From Balanoglossus misakiensis (Eukaryota; Animalia; Hemichordata), in the NCBI GenBank assembly GCA_040954595.2, contig CM082590.2, positions 496,001-560,000 of the forward strand: 64,000 nucleotides of DNA, in the 5' to 3' direction. Positions 37,036 to 47,288 of this stretch are shown here, one piece after another. The notes below the pieces were generated by a model. That model was not told the DNA's origin, did no database searches, and saw nothing but the letters and a program-made list of their open reading frames with translations. Position 1 is the first letter of the stretch, and every line of letters starts with the position of its first letter. Position numbers and translations under genes: made by a program.

Positions 37036-37897
37036 AAATAGCGTCAAGGACACTGTGGTCCCATTTGAGGATTACGCAGAAATAGGATACACCAGAAAAA
37101 TTGCGTCAAGGACGCGGCGGTCCCATTGAGGGATTACACAAGAAAAAGTCTACACCGGAGTACATGGCCATATACAGACAGACACACATAGAGAGAGATC
37201 AATGGGCAAACACTGACTGACCTAGCCCGGAGACACAGGCGTCGATCTAGAATACAACGCCCGGGGACAGCTGAGAAATTTCCTGCTGAGCTGAAAGATA
37301 GTAGCCCTGGCAACGATCAGGGTCGCTTAGTAACGAATGGATAACGAGTGATCTATCAAATGTTGACGGGCGCCTGCGGTTGGATGATATAATTAACAAA
37401 GCTTGGTAAACCACTCCCACATCCCGTCGCAGGAATTTCACACATGACTCCACCTCTATTTCCTTATTTAGAATGCGATGATGTCATTTGGTTTACATTG
37501 AGTGACCAATTAGCTTACATACAAGATTTACCACCCGTGTCGTTCTGCGCACAGAATTCGGTGCGTAAATAGAGACTGTCCCCGGGCGTTCCTTTTCCCC
37601 TAGTACGCCTGTGTCTCCGGGCTATGACTGACCCATAAGCTGCCAATGGCATATGTACTGTACAGACACTAAATAGAACAGCTGGCCTCTATAAAACTTA
37701 GCCAGTTACCAAATTCACATTTTTCCAGCTAATTTGCATATTTTTGGCAATGACAACTTCATTTGAACAAACTCCCATCTACAGCCCAGCCTGCATCTGC
37801 ACACCAAATATCGAGGTTATACGCGCAGCGGTTTTCAAGTTTTTGATGTGGACGGACATACAGACATACATCCATCCATCCATACATACATACATAC
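37031..37897 (+). mobile_element. Family Y copy truncated in its microsatellite
   Basis: Duplicated GCGTCAAGGAC head; colinear with 57759-58354. Cut at 37898 by a CAGGG-starting sequence. Confidence 0.7.
37223..37624. mobile_element. AcademH-like MITE with 9-bp TSD
   Basis: TIR TAGCCCGGAGACACAGGCGT; TSD TGACTGACC (37214-37222, 37625-37633). The empty site is visible in the paralogous copy near 57880. Confidence 0.9.
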
Positions 37898-38567
37898 CAG
37901 GGTTCATACACCTAGAGCAATTCAAAATTCCAGGAGTTTCCAGGAGATTTCCAGTAATTTTCCAGGAGTTTTTGTGGTAAAAATGCCATTTTCCAGGATG
38001 TTTTACGCAACAAAAAACTTTACTATTACTGTTACATTCACATGCACTTGTTATTCTAGTTTAACAAATCATTTAAAGACTTTTGACTGTGATAGCTGGG
38101 AAAGCTCTGCATCGATACACCGTCGTTAAATTCATGTTACTACACCCACCAACAACACTGTCTTTCACCATTTTTGAAGCAGACGTCGGTGTTAATTCAA
38201 TGCACAACGCAAATCATGATATTCTTTTGTGTTCTACTAGTGACGTCATTACCTGTTAACGACGCGCAAAATCCAAAACTTCACGATCAGAGGCCTATCA
38301 TACAAGTCACCTAAAAATTACGTTTTTTTTCTGTTTAACAACACATTTTTTAGATTTTTATTTGCCCTTTTCCAGAAAAAAAAGAGTATGTTTGGACATG
38401 ACATAGTTTATTCCTGTTTAAATAAATGTGAGGATTTTGACAGGACCTAGACTTTAAGCCATGTGTGGTCATCGTACAAGTTATTATTGATTTGGTGTGC
38501 ATTTTTATAATAGCTTTTGACATCAAAAAGAGAGACTTTGTCCCTTTAATAACAGGATTGACTGTAC

Positions 38568-38690
38568 CTTCCTCTGCATTCTTCAGCCATTCCACAAATG
38601 TCTGCATCTGCTGAAGGAACATGCTCTTTCCCTTGGCTAAGTGGGACTCATTGTACCATTTGATTATGACGTCTTCAGACAATACATCCG
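38568..38690 (-). CDS. BZW: BZW exon (W2 AA-boxes): (T)DVLSEDVIIKWYNESHLAKGKSMFLQQMQTFVEWLKNAEE
   Basis: 123 nt, CAG/GTACAG, phase 1/1. FVEWLKNAEEE is the W2 aromatic/acidic box. Confidence 0.96.
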
Positions 38691-39039
38691 CTGTAAAGAC
38701 ACAAATTTCATCAACATTCTACATTACCTTACTTGAGTTACCCCTTATTCCCACCAAATTTCAAAGCAATCAGACAATCAGTTTCAGAGAAAACTATATT
38801 TGTTCAGGTTGTGAACTATTCTTAGGTTGTGTTGATAAGCTGAATACTTGTCACACTGGACATTTCACCATGTTTCAGGAAATTGAACATGAAACTGCAG
38901 TAGACATACAAAACAAAAACACTGAAAAGTTACAGCTATTACAACTTTAACCGTAAATTGGGGTCACATTTAAAACCAAATGGTCAAGACGATGCTCAGC
39001 TGTGTTTTCATGCACTACAGGGATAATGGTTGCACTTAC

Positions 39040-39106
39040 TTTTGTAGAAAAGTATAATAATCTTCTGAAAACATTTCATGAAATTCATGTTGTCATAGCA
39101 GTACTC
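39040..39106 (-). CDS. BZW: BZW exon: [22 protein letters not shown]
   Basis: 67 nt, CAG/GTAAGT, phase 0 to 1. Conserved EYCYDN motif. Confidence 0.96.
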
Positions 39107-39547
39107 CTGTAAGATACAATTACATCATAACAATCAAGTTCACAGCCCATATACAGAACTACAAGCAACAGAAGGGAGGCATCTTAAATGGACAGGAAGG
39201 GTCATAATTGCACCAAGTTTGTGTCCCCATTGATGAGAATATGTCCTCCATACCAGGGCAAACCATACGCCACGACTTATTAGAATCTTCGGTAGCTGTC
39301 GACAGCCGGTGGGCTGCTTCATTCATTCTAAAGAAATATCTAATTTCAGGGATTTGTGGTTGAATTCTAATGTCTATCAAGAAACAAGACGGTGCTACAA
39401 CCCTTTTACTTTAAATTACGATAACCTAGACTCTCTCACAGCCTCTCTCTCCCTACACAGCCTCATCTGTCTGATCGAATGTATAAATGGGCCATTATTT
39501 AATAGACTGGGAATATTGATATATATAGGCAACATGAGTATCAGGTA

Positions 39548-40050
39548 GTGCTATTTGTTTACGATTGTACTCATGAAAACTTCCCACTAACAATTCCACA
39601 TTACTTTGTTAATATTGAATACATTTATCCAACAAGGTCAAAAGATAAAGGAAATCTTCTTGTTCCCAAATACGCCACAAATGTGGGTCAACATACAGTG
39701 AAATACTATAATGGTGCTCAATTTTGGAATCAATTTCCGCAACATATCAAAGCTGTCTCATCAAAATTACGCTTTAAAAAAGAATTGAACAAGTATTATT
39801 TATCCATTTGACTGTTGTATATTTAGAAGTAAAACAAACTGAATTTGGATTTTTATGTACAAACTCGCATTAGTATTGCCCTGTATTAAATTCTGCAATT
39901 GTTTTATTTATAGGGGACTGGACTAGACTAGTGTTACACTATTTTCTAGTCCCCTCCCATGTAATACCTATTGTATTCTTCATTCCTTTGTTAACTTTGT
40001 TTATTTGTATCAGAATAAGGGAAATAAAATCATTATTATTATTATATTTA
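39548..40050 (+). mobile_element. 5'-truncated LINE 3' end (CR1/L2 group)
   Basis: ORF2 C-terminus YYNGAQFWNQFPQHIK..FKKELNKYYL, 3' stem-loop, AATAAA and (ATT)n tail. Confidence 0.7.
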
Positions 40051-40354
40051 TTATAAACTCAATGAACAGTGCAGCTCTGCCTGCAAGTCACTGTACAACA
40101 CTATATGGTGCATCTCCTAAACAATTGAGGGCATAAAGAGTGCAACATGTTAACAGCCTTTTAGCGAACCATGGGCTCCAAGAGGCCAACAATAACCTTG
40201 ATGCAAAGTGTGTATTTTCATACACCATAGTGTACCAGGCATACCTTGGCCATTGAGAATTTGAACTGCCAGCTGAGCTGAGTCTTCACTCAGTCCACCT
40301 CTGCTGGTAATTTTATCAGGCCCAGCTCGTCATATACGTTGGATACAGATTAAT

Positions 40355-40517
40355 TACACTTTTCCATATTGAAAAGGTTTTCTCCTAGCATCATACTCAC
40401 CTGTTAGGACCATACTATAGGCTAATGTTCTCTAGTAGCTGTCTACCCCGTCGAGAAAATCGACCCGTCCAACCCATGCCATGACCATGTGACACTGTCC
40501 TAGTTCAGTTTATGTTC
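40355..40517. repeat. DIRS 3' inverted terminal repeat with terminal extension
   Basis: 40393-40517 is the exact reverse complement of 45582-45706. Confidence 0.95.
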
Positions 40518-40577
40518 GAGACGCTCCCGAAAGAAATATGTTTTATTGGTCATGAACGTGTGGGAGGCGGGTGGGAG

Positions 40578-40679
40578 CCTAACAGGTGAGTATGATGCTA
40601 GGAGAAAACCTTTTCAATATGGAAAAGTGTATTCTCCTGCGCATCTATACTCACCTGTTAGGACCATACTATAGGCTAA
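40578..40679. repeat. DIRS internal complementary region (ICR)
   Basis: Joins both termini: ...CAATATGGAAAAGTGTA|TTCTCCTGCGCATCTATAC..., i.e. the circle junction. Confidence 0.95.
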
Positions 40680-40756
40680 CACAGAATTCAAAGTTCAATA
40701 GGCGGTGGGGATCAGGACCAATATTATTGACCTTAACCTATATGTCCTCACCTAAA

Positions 40757-43630
40757 TTACTTGAACTTCGTAGAGCTCAGCACTGCCTTTCCAAATGTGC
40801 CTCTGCCCTCTAACATGTCTCTCAGATAGAAAGAGGTAAATGTTGTGTTCACTGCCCAAGAGGCAGCCTCCATGATGTCATTCATAGGTACTCCTTGGAA
40901 TAATGCCCATGAAGAGGATAAACTTCTGGTGTCATGTGCTCTCACTAGAAGACGGTCCTTTTCTGTGGCATTTGTATATGCCATTTTAACTACTTGGACA
41001 ATCCAGCTTGCCAGAGTATCTTTAGAAGCTGGTTTCTTTGTGTTTAGACCAAAGGTAATAAACAGTTGACCTGTATTATTTCTGATATCTTTTGTGGCTT
41101 TGATATAATATTTCAAAGCTCTACATGGACAAATATGTCTATCCTCAATATCCCCTGAGAAGTTTGATAATTTGGGAATTTTGAGGCTTTTGGCCATATA
41201 AGACATAGAATCATTTTTAGCCAGGAAACCTGCTGCTGGGATGAGTGTAACCCCACCTGAATCCCAACGAATGTGTCCTTCATTAACAGACAGTGCGTGT
41301 AAATAACTGCATCGTCTACCTGACACAATTGCTAGTAAAAATATTGTTTTTAAGGTGACCCATTTTAGAGGTGCTGAACTCATGGGTTCAAAGGGCTTCT
41401 TATTTAGCATAAGTAGTACCAAGGGTAAGTCCCATGATGGGGTTAACCGCCTGGTTGGTGGCCTGCATTGAAAATAGGCTTTGATCAACTTTTCCAGTTC
41501 TTTATTCATACCCACAGGAACACCTTGCCAACCTGGGTGAACTGCTGAGATAGCCGCACGGTATCCAGCTATAGTTTTTGCTTGTAATTTTTTTATGACA
41601 AAAAGATATTCAAGAAAGTCTGCTATTTGGCCTAGAGTTGCTGACAGTGGAGATATATCTCTCTCTCTAGCCCAAGCGAAAAATATTCTGACTCTTGAGT
41701 CGTATGTTTTGTAAGTGGACTTTCTTCGTGCCTTTGAGGCTCTGACTGCAGCTGGGACAGAAAAGCCTTTCTCAATGAACTGATCCTTGATAACTTCCAT
41801 GCAGTTAACTTGAATATCTGAGGATCTGGATGACAGATTTTGCTGTGTGGCTGGTACAGCATTTTGTCTTGTATTGGGAGACGAAGTGGAATGTCCACTA
41901 GCAGCTCCATCAGCTCTGGGAACCATGGTTGTTTTGGCCAGAATGGTGCTATCAGGATTACTATGCAATCCTGATTCCTGATTTTTTTCAGAACTTTGTG
42001 TAAAAGAATTAACGGAGGATACGCATAGGCGAACATTCCCTCCCACGGAATTGCCAATGCGTCCATTGCAAAGGCTTCTGGGTCTGGTATCGGTGATACA
42101 TAAATTGGGAGTTGTTTGTTTCTCTTTGTTGCAAACAGATCTATGTGTGGCCTGTCCCATTTCATAAAAATTTTCTGAACAATCATTGGGCTCAGGGTCC
42201 ATTCTGTTGGGAGAACTTTCCCGCGGGATAAACCGTCCGCTAGGAGATTTTTCTTCCCTGGTATGTGAGCTGCTTTCAGTTTGATCTCTTTTTGTAGACA
42301 CCATTGCAGCATGTTCCACAGAAGAATACAAAGGGTTGGGGACTGGGTCCCCCCTTCCCTGTTTATGTAACTGACAACTGTTGAGTTGTCTACTCTCACC
42401 AGGACCACTTGACCTTTCACAATGTCTTTGAAATGTTGAAGCGAAAGGAAAACCGCTTGCATTTCCAACCAATTGATATGTTTTGTCCTCTGGGTCTGTG
42501 ACCACTGACCGGCAACTTGTTGCCCTTCCAGGTGACCTCCCCACCCCCAGTGGGAAGCATCTGTTGTCAATGTGAAATCTGCAGTTGGTTGATCCAACCT
42601 CGTTCCTTGTAACAGGTTGGCTGAATCTTCCCACCACTGCAGGTGACTGAGTAGGTGGGTTGAGATTGGTATGCGTGTTTGTAGATTTCTGGTTTGTGGG
42701 CTCCAATGGGCCAGAACATGAAGTTGGATTGGCCTCATGTGTAGACGTGCCCAAGGGATTAGGTCTATGCATGAGGCCATCAACCCCAATAACCTGAGAA
42801 ACCATTGAACTGGTAGTTTTGTGTTTGATTTGATTACTGTAATACAATGATGTATGTCCCCTCTTCTGGTCGGTGAGGGAAAGACTAGGCCTTTCTTCAA
42901 ATTGAAACTTGCTCCTAGAAACTCGAAAATTTGTTTGGGAACAAGGTCGGACTTCTCTATGTTTGGAATCCATCCTAAACGAACAACTAGAGTCAACATT
43001 TCCCTGTTTTGACTCACCAACGTTTTTCTTACCGCTTGTCTGAGAAGCCAATCGTCTAGATATGCAAGCGGGAAGAGTGAGTTCCTCCTTAGGAATGCTA
43101 AAATCACTTTTACAATCTTTGTGAAGATTCTTGGTGCCGACGACAGGCCAAAGGGGAGGGCTCTGAATTGGTATATCTTGCCCTCGAAGGCAAAGCGAAG
43201 GAATTTTCTGTGTCCTTGGTAAATTGGAATGTGAAAATATGCATCTGTTAAATCTAGTGATGTTGCCCAGTCTCCTTTCCTTAGACTCTGGATGACTGTG
43301 CGTAAAGTTTCCATTTTGAAATGATCTTTTCTCAAGAAGAAATTTAAGGGACGGAGATTTAGCACTGGACGAAAACCTCCGGATTTTTTTGGAACAATGA
43401 ACAGATGACTGTAGAAACCGTTTTGAGCCAAATTCTGTGGGACCATTTCGATGGCCCTTTTGCTTAATAGCACAGATATTTCCTCCCTTATGCAATTTGC
43501 TTGCGCTTTGCTTTGAGGACAGGGGGTTTCCTTTACACCCTTGGAAAGTGGAGGTTGTGATAGAAATTCTAGTTTGTAACCCTCCTTTATTACATCTAGC
43601 ACCCAAGCGTCCTGTGTTATGGATTGCCAT
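40757..43630 (-). CDS. DIRS ORF3: tyrosine recombinase with a long N-terminal extension overlapping ORF2
   Basis: SAM-like domain, then SGRRCSYL (R), HDTR (H-x-x-R), W and FY catalytic positions. Confidence 0.93.
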   Translation of the reverse strand: MAIHNTGRLGARCNKGGLQTRISITTSTFQGCKGNPLSSKQSASKLHKGGNICAIKQKGHRNGPTEFGSKRFLQSSVHCSKKIRRFSSSAKSPSLKFLLEKRSFQNGNFTHSHPESKERRLGNITRFNRCIFSHSNLPRTQKIPSLCLRGQDIPIQSPPLWPVVGTKNLHKDCKSDFSIPKEELTLPACISRRLASQTSGKKNVGESKQGNVDSSCSFRMDSKHREVRPCSQTNFRVSRSKFQFEERPSLSLTDQKRGHTSLYYSNQIKHKTTSSMVSQVIGVDGLMHRPNPLGTSTHEANPTSCSGPLEPTNQKSTNTHTNLNPPTQSPAVVGRFSQPVTRNEVGSTNCRFHIDNRCFPLGVGRSPGRATSCRSVVTDPEDKTYQLVGNASGFPFASTFQRHCERSSGPGESRQLNSCQLHKQGRGDPVPNPLYSSVEHAAMVSTKRDQTESSSHTREEKSPSGRFIPRESSPNRMDPEPNDCSENFYEMGQATHRSVCNKEKQTTPNLCITDTRPRSLCNGRIGNSVGGNVRLCVSSVNSFTQSSEKNQESGLHSNPDSTILAKTTMVPRADGAASGHSTSSPNTRQNAVPATQQNLSSRSSDIQVNCMEVIKDQFIEKGFSVPAAVRASKARRKSTYKTYDSRVRIFFAWARERDISPLSATLGQIADFLEYLFVIKKLQAKTIAGYRAAISAVHPGWQGVPVGMNKELEKLIKAYFQCRPPTRRLTPSWDLPLVLLMLNKKPFEPMSSAPLKWVTLKTIFLLAIVSGRRCSYLHALSVNEGHIRWDSGGVTLIPAAGFLAKNDSMSYMAKSLKIPKLSNFSGDIEDRHICPCRALKYYIKATKDIRNNTGQLFITFGLNTKKPASKDTLASWIVQVVKMAYTNATEKDRLLVRAHDTRSLSSSWALFQGVPMNDIMEAASWAVNTTFTSFYLRDMLEGRGTFGKAVLSSTKFK

Positions 43631-43854
43631 TCCTTTTGAAAATATCCTAGTCTTCCCCCCACCGGAATGTTTGGCAAGGGAAGTGTTTGAAAGTCATTGT
43701 TTCTCACCAAATTTGAAGGAATTGCCAGCTTGAGGGGTTTTAAATTCCCCAGCCTTGGGTTTGGGTGAGCTATAGTTGCGAAAATACCTGTTTGGTTTGG
43801 TATTTTGAGATCTAGGGTTCTCTCTTTGACCTTTTCCCTGGTGAAAAGGGTCAA
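41632..43854 (-). CDS. DIRS ORF2: reverse transcriptase, RNase H and Dam-like methyltransferase domain
   Basis: PVGGRL, DLTDAYFH, LPFGLSSAP, YLDD, TDASHWGWG, HINWLE, DNSTVV, IDLFAT, AYPP. The true start is uncertain (TTG at 43854, first ATG at 43446). Confidence 0.95.
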   Translation of the reverse strand: MTLFTREKVKERTLDLKIPNQTGIFATIAHPNPRLGNLKPLKLAIPSNLVRNNDFQTLPLPNIPVGGRLGYFQKEWQSITQDAWVLDVIKEGYKLEFLSQPPLSKGVKETPCPQSKAQANCIREEISVLLSKRAIEMVPQNLAQNGFYSHLFIVPKKSGGFRPVLNLRPLNFFLRKDHFKMETLRTVIQSLRKGDWATSLDLTDAYFHIPIYQGHRKFLRFAFEGKIYQFRALPFGLSSAPRIFTKIVKVILAFLRRNSLFPLAYLDDWLLRQAVRKTLVSQNREMLTLVVRLGWIPNIEKSDLVPKQIFEFLGASFNLKKGLVFPSPTRRGDIHHCITVIKSNTKLPVQWFLRLLGLMASCIDLIPWARLHMRPIQLHVLAHWSPQTRNLQTRIPISTHLLSHLQWWEDSANLLQGTRLDQPTADFTLTTDASHWGWGGHLEGQQVAGQWSQTQRTKHINWLEMQAVFLSLQHFKDIVKGQVVLVRVDNSTVVSYINREGGTQSPTLCILLWNMLQWCLQKEIKLKAAHIPGKKNLLADGLSRGKVLPTEWTLSPMIVQKIFMKWDRPHIDLFATKRNKQLPIYVSPIPDPEAFAMDALAIPWEGMFAYAYPPLILLHKVLKKIRNQDCIVILIAPFWPKQPWFPELMELLVDIPLRLPIQDKMLYQPHSKICHPDPQIFKLTAWKLSRISSLRKAFLSQLQSEPQRHEESPLTKHTTQESEYFSLGLEREIYLHCQQL

Positions 43855-45316
43855 GTCTCATCAACTTTTGTGGGGGCTCATTGCTCGTGGCCCCTTTGTC
43901 AGTATAGGGCTTACGCTTGGCAAAGTTGATCGATTTGAAGACCCCAGAGGTTGTACGCGCGTCTTTTAACCTCTCTGCACTCTTGTGAGTGAGTTCAGAA
44001 AATTTCCCCCCGAACAGATCTGGGCCATGGGTGGGAATTTTCTTTAGCTCGGTTTTGATTCCTTCATCAGTGATTTTGAGTTCATCAAGGAAAAGATCCC
44101 GACGAAACAACGTGCATCTGGTTGAGGCTCTTACTGATAAATCCTCAATCTCAACCAATGCTTTTGCAATCTCTTCAGCTATTGCTGCTATATATTCATC
44201 TGATGATGGTATGTCTCCATGCAGCATTTTAATGAGACCTGAAAACATTAAGCTGGCATGCGACGTCACCCTTAGAGAATGCCTGATAGAAGCATCTACC
44301 TGTGTGAACTCTTTATCTATTTTATTAGTCTTAGGGTCAAGTTTCCTTCTGCCCTGATTTACAACTGCCATATGAGAAAGTACATCTTGTTCCACACTGG
44401 GGACTTTCCCATATTGATCAAAATCCTTGTCCACCCACCGGTATAACATGTCATGAGATTTCTTGTAAGCAGACAGGTGGGGTAGGCCTTTGTCTGTATT
44501 GGCCCAAAGTGAAGCAATTCTCCCATCCATGGGTAGTGCTGGTACTTTAGATTTCTTATTACCAGGCAGATTCTTAAAAACCTGATCCAAATAAGAAATT
44601 CTCTGCTCTTTTTCCTCCTCTGGAATTTCAATATTGAGAGCTAGAATGAGATTGCTAAGAACATCTGACATTCTTTTCTCCACCCCTGAGGGGATATCAG
44701 TTGAGGAGCACACACTTTGTTTGTCACTTTCCTCATTCTCAAAGCTTTCATAAGGTTCTGTTAGGTTGGACTCTACAGGACGTCCTAACCCTAACATCAC
44801 TGGGTTACTCTGCTGAGTAGATTGGCTTTCCTGCTGGTTTTCCCTCCAACTACGTTTAGGAGAGCCAAATTCAGAGGGAGTGGCAATATCTAGTACATCT
44901 TCACTCCTGCTGGTACCCGGGGTTTCCTCGGCCCGGTTGTCAACACGACCCAATGTATTGGTTTCCGCCATATTGGGCGCGTTACTTTTGGCGGGAAAAT
45001 TGGCGGCTCCAATGCCTGACAGAGATTGTTGTTCAATTTGAGCAGAAAGTTTACCTAACAATTCCAAAATCGGAGCAACCTTGCTATCTATCATATCACC
45101 TACCTTCTCTTCCGAAACCAACTTTGGTTTTGATGAGGCAGGCTTTGATTTAGGGCGGGAGATTGCCTTCTGGGTTTCCGTCCCAGGGGCATTTCCCTTC
45201 TTTACGCTGCCTTTAGTGACCTTGTCGGTCTTCACAGAATCATCACTTTGAACATCAGCTCCACGGTCATTAGACCCTGATGTAGTGGTTTCAGACGCTA
45301 ATAGATCCGACTCCAT
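43694..45316 (-). CDS. DIRS ORF1, gag-like protein (540 aa)
   Basis: Uninterrupted ATG ORF in first position; GPDLFG motif near the C-terminus as in DIRS ORF1. Confidence 0.85.
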   Translation of the reverse strand: MESDLLASETTTSGSNDRGADVQSDDSVKTDKVTKGSVKKGNAPGTETQKAISRPKSKPASSKPKLVSEEKVGDMIDSKVAPILELLGKLSAQIEQQSLSGIGAANFPAKSNAPNMAETNTLGRVDNRAEETPGTSRSEDVLDIATPSEFGSPKRSWRENQQESQSTQQSNPVMLGLGRPVESNLTEPYESFENEESDKQSVCSSTDIPSGVEKRMSDVLSNLILALNIEIPEEEKEQRISYLDQVFKNLPGNKKSKVPALPMDGRIASLWANTDKGLPHLSAYKKSHDMLYRWVDKDFDQYGKVPSVEQDVLSHMAVVNQGRRKLDPKTNKIDKEFTQVDASIRHSLRVTSHASLMFSGLIKMLHGDIPSSDEYIAAIAEEIAKALVEIEDLSVRASTRCTLFRRDLFLDELKITDEGIKTELKKIPTHGPDLFGGKFSELTHKSAERLKDARTTSGVFKSINFAKRKPYTDKGATSNEPPQKLMRLDPFHQGKGQRENPRSQNTKPNRYFRNYSSPKPKAGEFKTPQAGNSFKFGEKQ

Positions 45317-45581
45317 GAGATCAAGTTATCGGCGTCTGTTCAGTTTTATTAGGCAATAATAAACAATGTGCGTCGTAAAGACTCACGATCTAATGCTGAC
45401 GACAAGAATAAATCTCGGAAGACCCACACACTGGGTAAACAACTTGAAAGGCTGATCACACCACAAATGGTACAAACCTACCTCGAAAACCCCAAAAGGA
45501 GTTAATAGAAGGGAATTATACCCACTAGAAAGACGGGAAACAGCTAAGCGAAAATCGAGACGACATCTAAGATGGCGTCGA

Positions 45582-45721
45582 GAACATAAACTGAACTAGG
45601 ACAGTGTCACATGGTCATGGCATGGGTTGGACGGGTCGATTTTCTCGACGGGGTAGACAGCTACTAGAGAACATTAGCCTATAGTATGGTCCTAACAGGT
45701 GAGTATAGATGCGCAGGAGAA
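45582..45721. repeat. DIRS 5' inverted terminal repeat
   Basis: Reads TTCTCCTGCGCATCTATACTCACC... on the minus strand and matches both the ICR and the 3' ITR. Confidence 0.95.
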
Positions 45722-45869
45722 CAAGTCATTCAACCCGTCCAAATTACACACATGTATCCAACTCGGGTAAAGTACATCCAGGGTCCATAAGTATTTTAAA
45801 CAACTTGGCTCTGTAGAAGGTACCATACCCGGTAGGGTAAGGGTTAAAACTAGACATGGTTATCCTTAC

Positions 45870-45941
45870 CTGGACTTTCAGTATTAGGAGCAACTCTGAT
45901 TTTCTTTGTGTTGTGAACTCAGCCAGTAATGGTGAGTAAAT
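45870..45941 (-). CDS. BZW: BZW exon: IYSPLLAEFTTQRKSELLLILKVQ
   Basis: 72 nt, CAG/GTAAGG. Homologous to QYSPLLAAFTTQGQSEL. Confidence 0.95.
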
Positions 45942-46074
45942 CTGACGAATAAACATATATCACTTGTCATTTATATCTTCTGTATTCCTTCAATTGTAAT
46001 CAAGGACAAAATTCAGACCTCATTTTCAACTCATGACCTCTCATTTTTGACTTGATGTTGAGTTTGTAACTTAA

Positions 46075-46521
46075 GGATATAATAAAAAAGTTGTTCGTAA
46101 ATTCCCGATCAGACGTCTATTTATTTTCGTAAATTTCCATTTTTGTTCATAATTTACGAGCGTTACGAGCGACAGCGAGAGCACAGCATGTGTATGTATA
46201 ATGAAAATCCGTGATAAAATATAGGGGTCACCACACTTGTTTTTGAAATACAGAGCCATGAATTTAGTCAATAACAGAATAAAACTGCTGACTCACCATT
46301 TTTCACCAAATATTCTTAACGCAATTTATCTCAAAAAAGTGCGTGGTGACCACACGATTTTTAATTGACCAATGAATTTATATTTACTGGGCCTGAGCTT
46401 TGAGTGAAATTTCGTGAAAATGACAATAGTAGAAGTTTGTTTTCTAGCGATTATCAATGTAATCCTATGGGAAAAAGACGGGTGCGCGCAGTTTCCCGGT
46501 TTATGTTCTGCGCATACATCC
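46075..46521. mobile_element. Kolobok-like non-autonomous element (internally deleted)
   Basis: TTAA|GGAT...ATCC|TTA; highly similar to 61270-61734. Confidence 0.6.
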
Positions 46522-46871
46522 TTATAAATGAACAAATTAAACAAATAAACGAGTGCTGCACCCGTTTATTCAACTGCCCATTGCAAGATTTAACTAATAT
46601 CTTGGTATGAACACATGGGTAATTAAAATCCCACAAGTCAAAATAGTGTCATTTGGATAAGGAGAAGATTGGCGTATTTTGTCCAGTGTTCTCCCCAGGG
46701 ATTTCTGGAACAATGTTGTCTAATTTACAGAGCAGCACAATTAACTGTTCTGAAAATGACTTCTATTGTTTTCCCAAAATTAAAAGGTTCTGCCCAATAC
46801 ACTTTGATTGTTTTGGGGAGAACACTTATCAATTAAAACTATGGCAGTAGCGGCAGCTATTGGGGCTTTAA

Positions 46872-46933
46872 CCGTTCACCCTTACCATATGTATAAAACA
46901 ATGGGTTTGGACTGAACCATGGTGGTGAAAGGG
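46872..46933. mobile_element. Short piggyBac-like MITE 44 bp from a BZW exon
   Basis: TTAA|CCGTTCACC...GGTGAAAGGG|TTAA. Confidence 0.72.
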
Positions 46934-46976
46934 TTAAAGTACAATAGCATCAGAAAGCTATGGCAGAACATTTTAC

Positions 46977-47057
46977 CTTGAGATGTTTCAATGCTTGCTC
47001 TGCAACTAAATCTTCTTTCTTATTCCACTCCACAGACATCATCAGACTCTTCCACAA
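46977..47057 (-). CDS. BZW: BZW exon (W2 domain): [27 protein letters not shown]
   Basis: 81 nt, TAG/GTAAAA. Contains the near-invariant VEWNKKEELVAEQA motif. Confidence 0.96.
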
Positions 47058-47288
47058 CTATGGAATGAATACACACAAAACTCCATGTCACACATGATGA
47101 AAAGATTACAGGGACATTAGCTGAAAAGTTTGGCTTTATTTCCACTATATTTGTTCTGTGTACGAAATACAATTTCTTGTTATTATATATAATCCCAAAA
47201 TCCCATGATATTTTTCTTTGTTTGACGTCATCGTATACGAGTGGTTTTCACAGAGCCGTGCAACTTTGAGCCGTTAATAAACCCAGTG

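Larger units (their letters stand above)
40352..45722 (-). mobile_element. Apparently intact DIRS1-type tyrosine-recombinase retrotransposon in a BZW intron
   Basis: Inverted terminal repeats, an ICR matching both ends, three uninterrupted ORFs, GTT...ATT termini and no TSD. Confidence 0.97.

Noticed and set aside
38350-38567. Extended BZW C-terminus in ORF 38350-38682
   Set aside because: Similarity ends at a GT donor (38567) and a fitting acidic terminal exon exists at 26350-26372. The extension is intron read-through.
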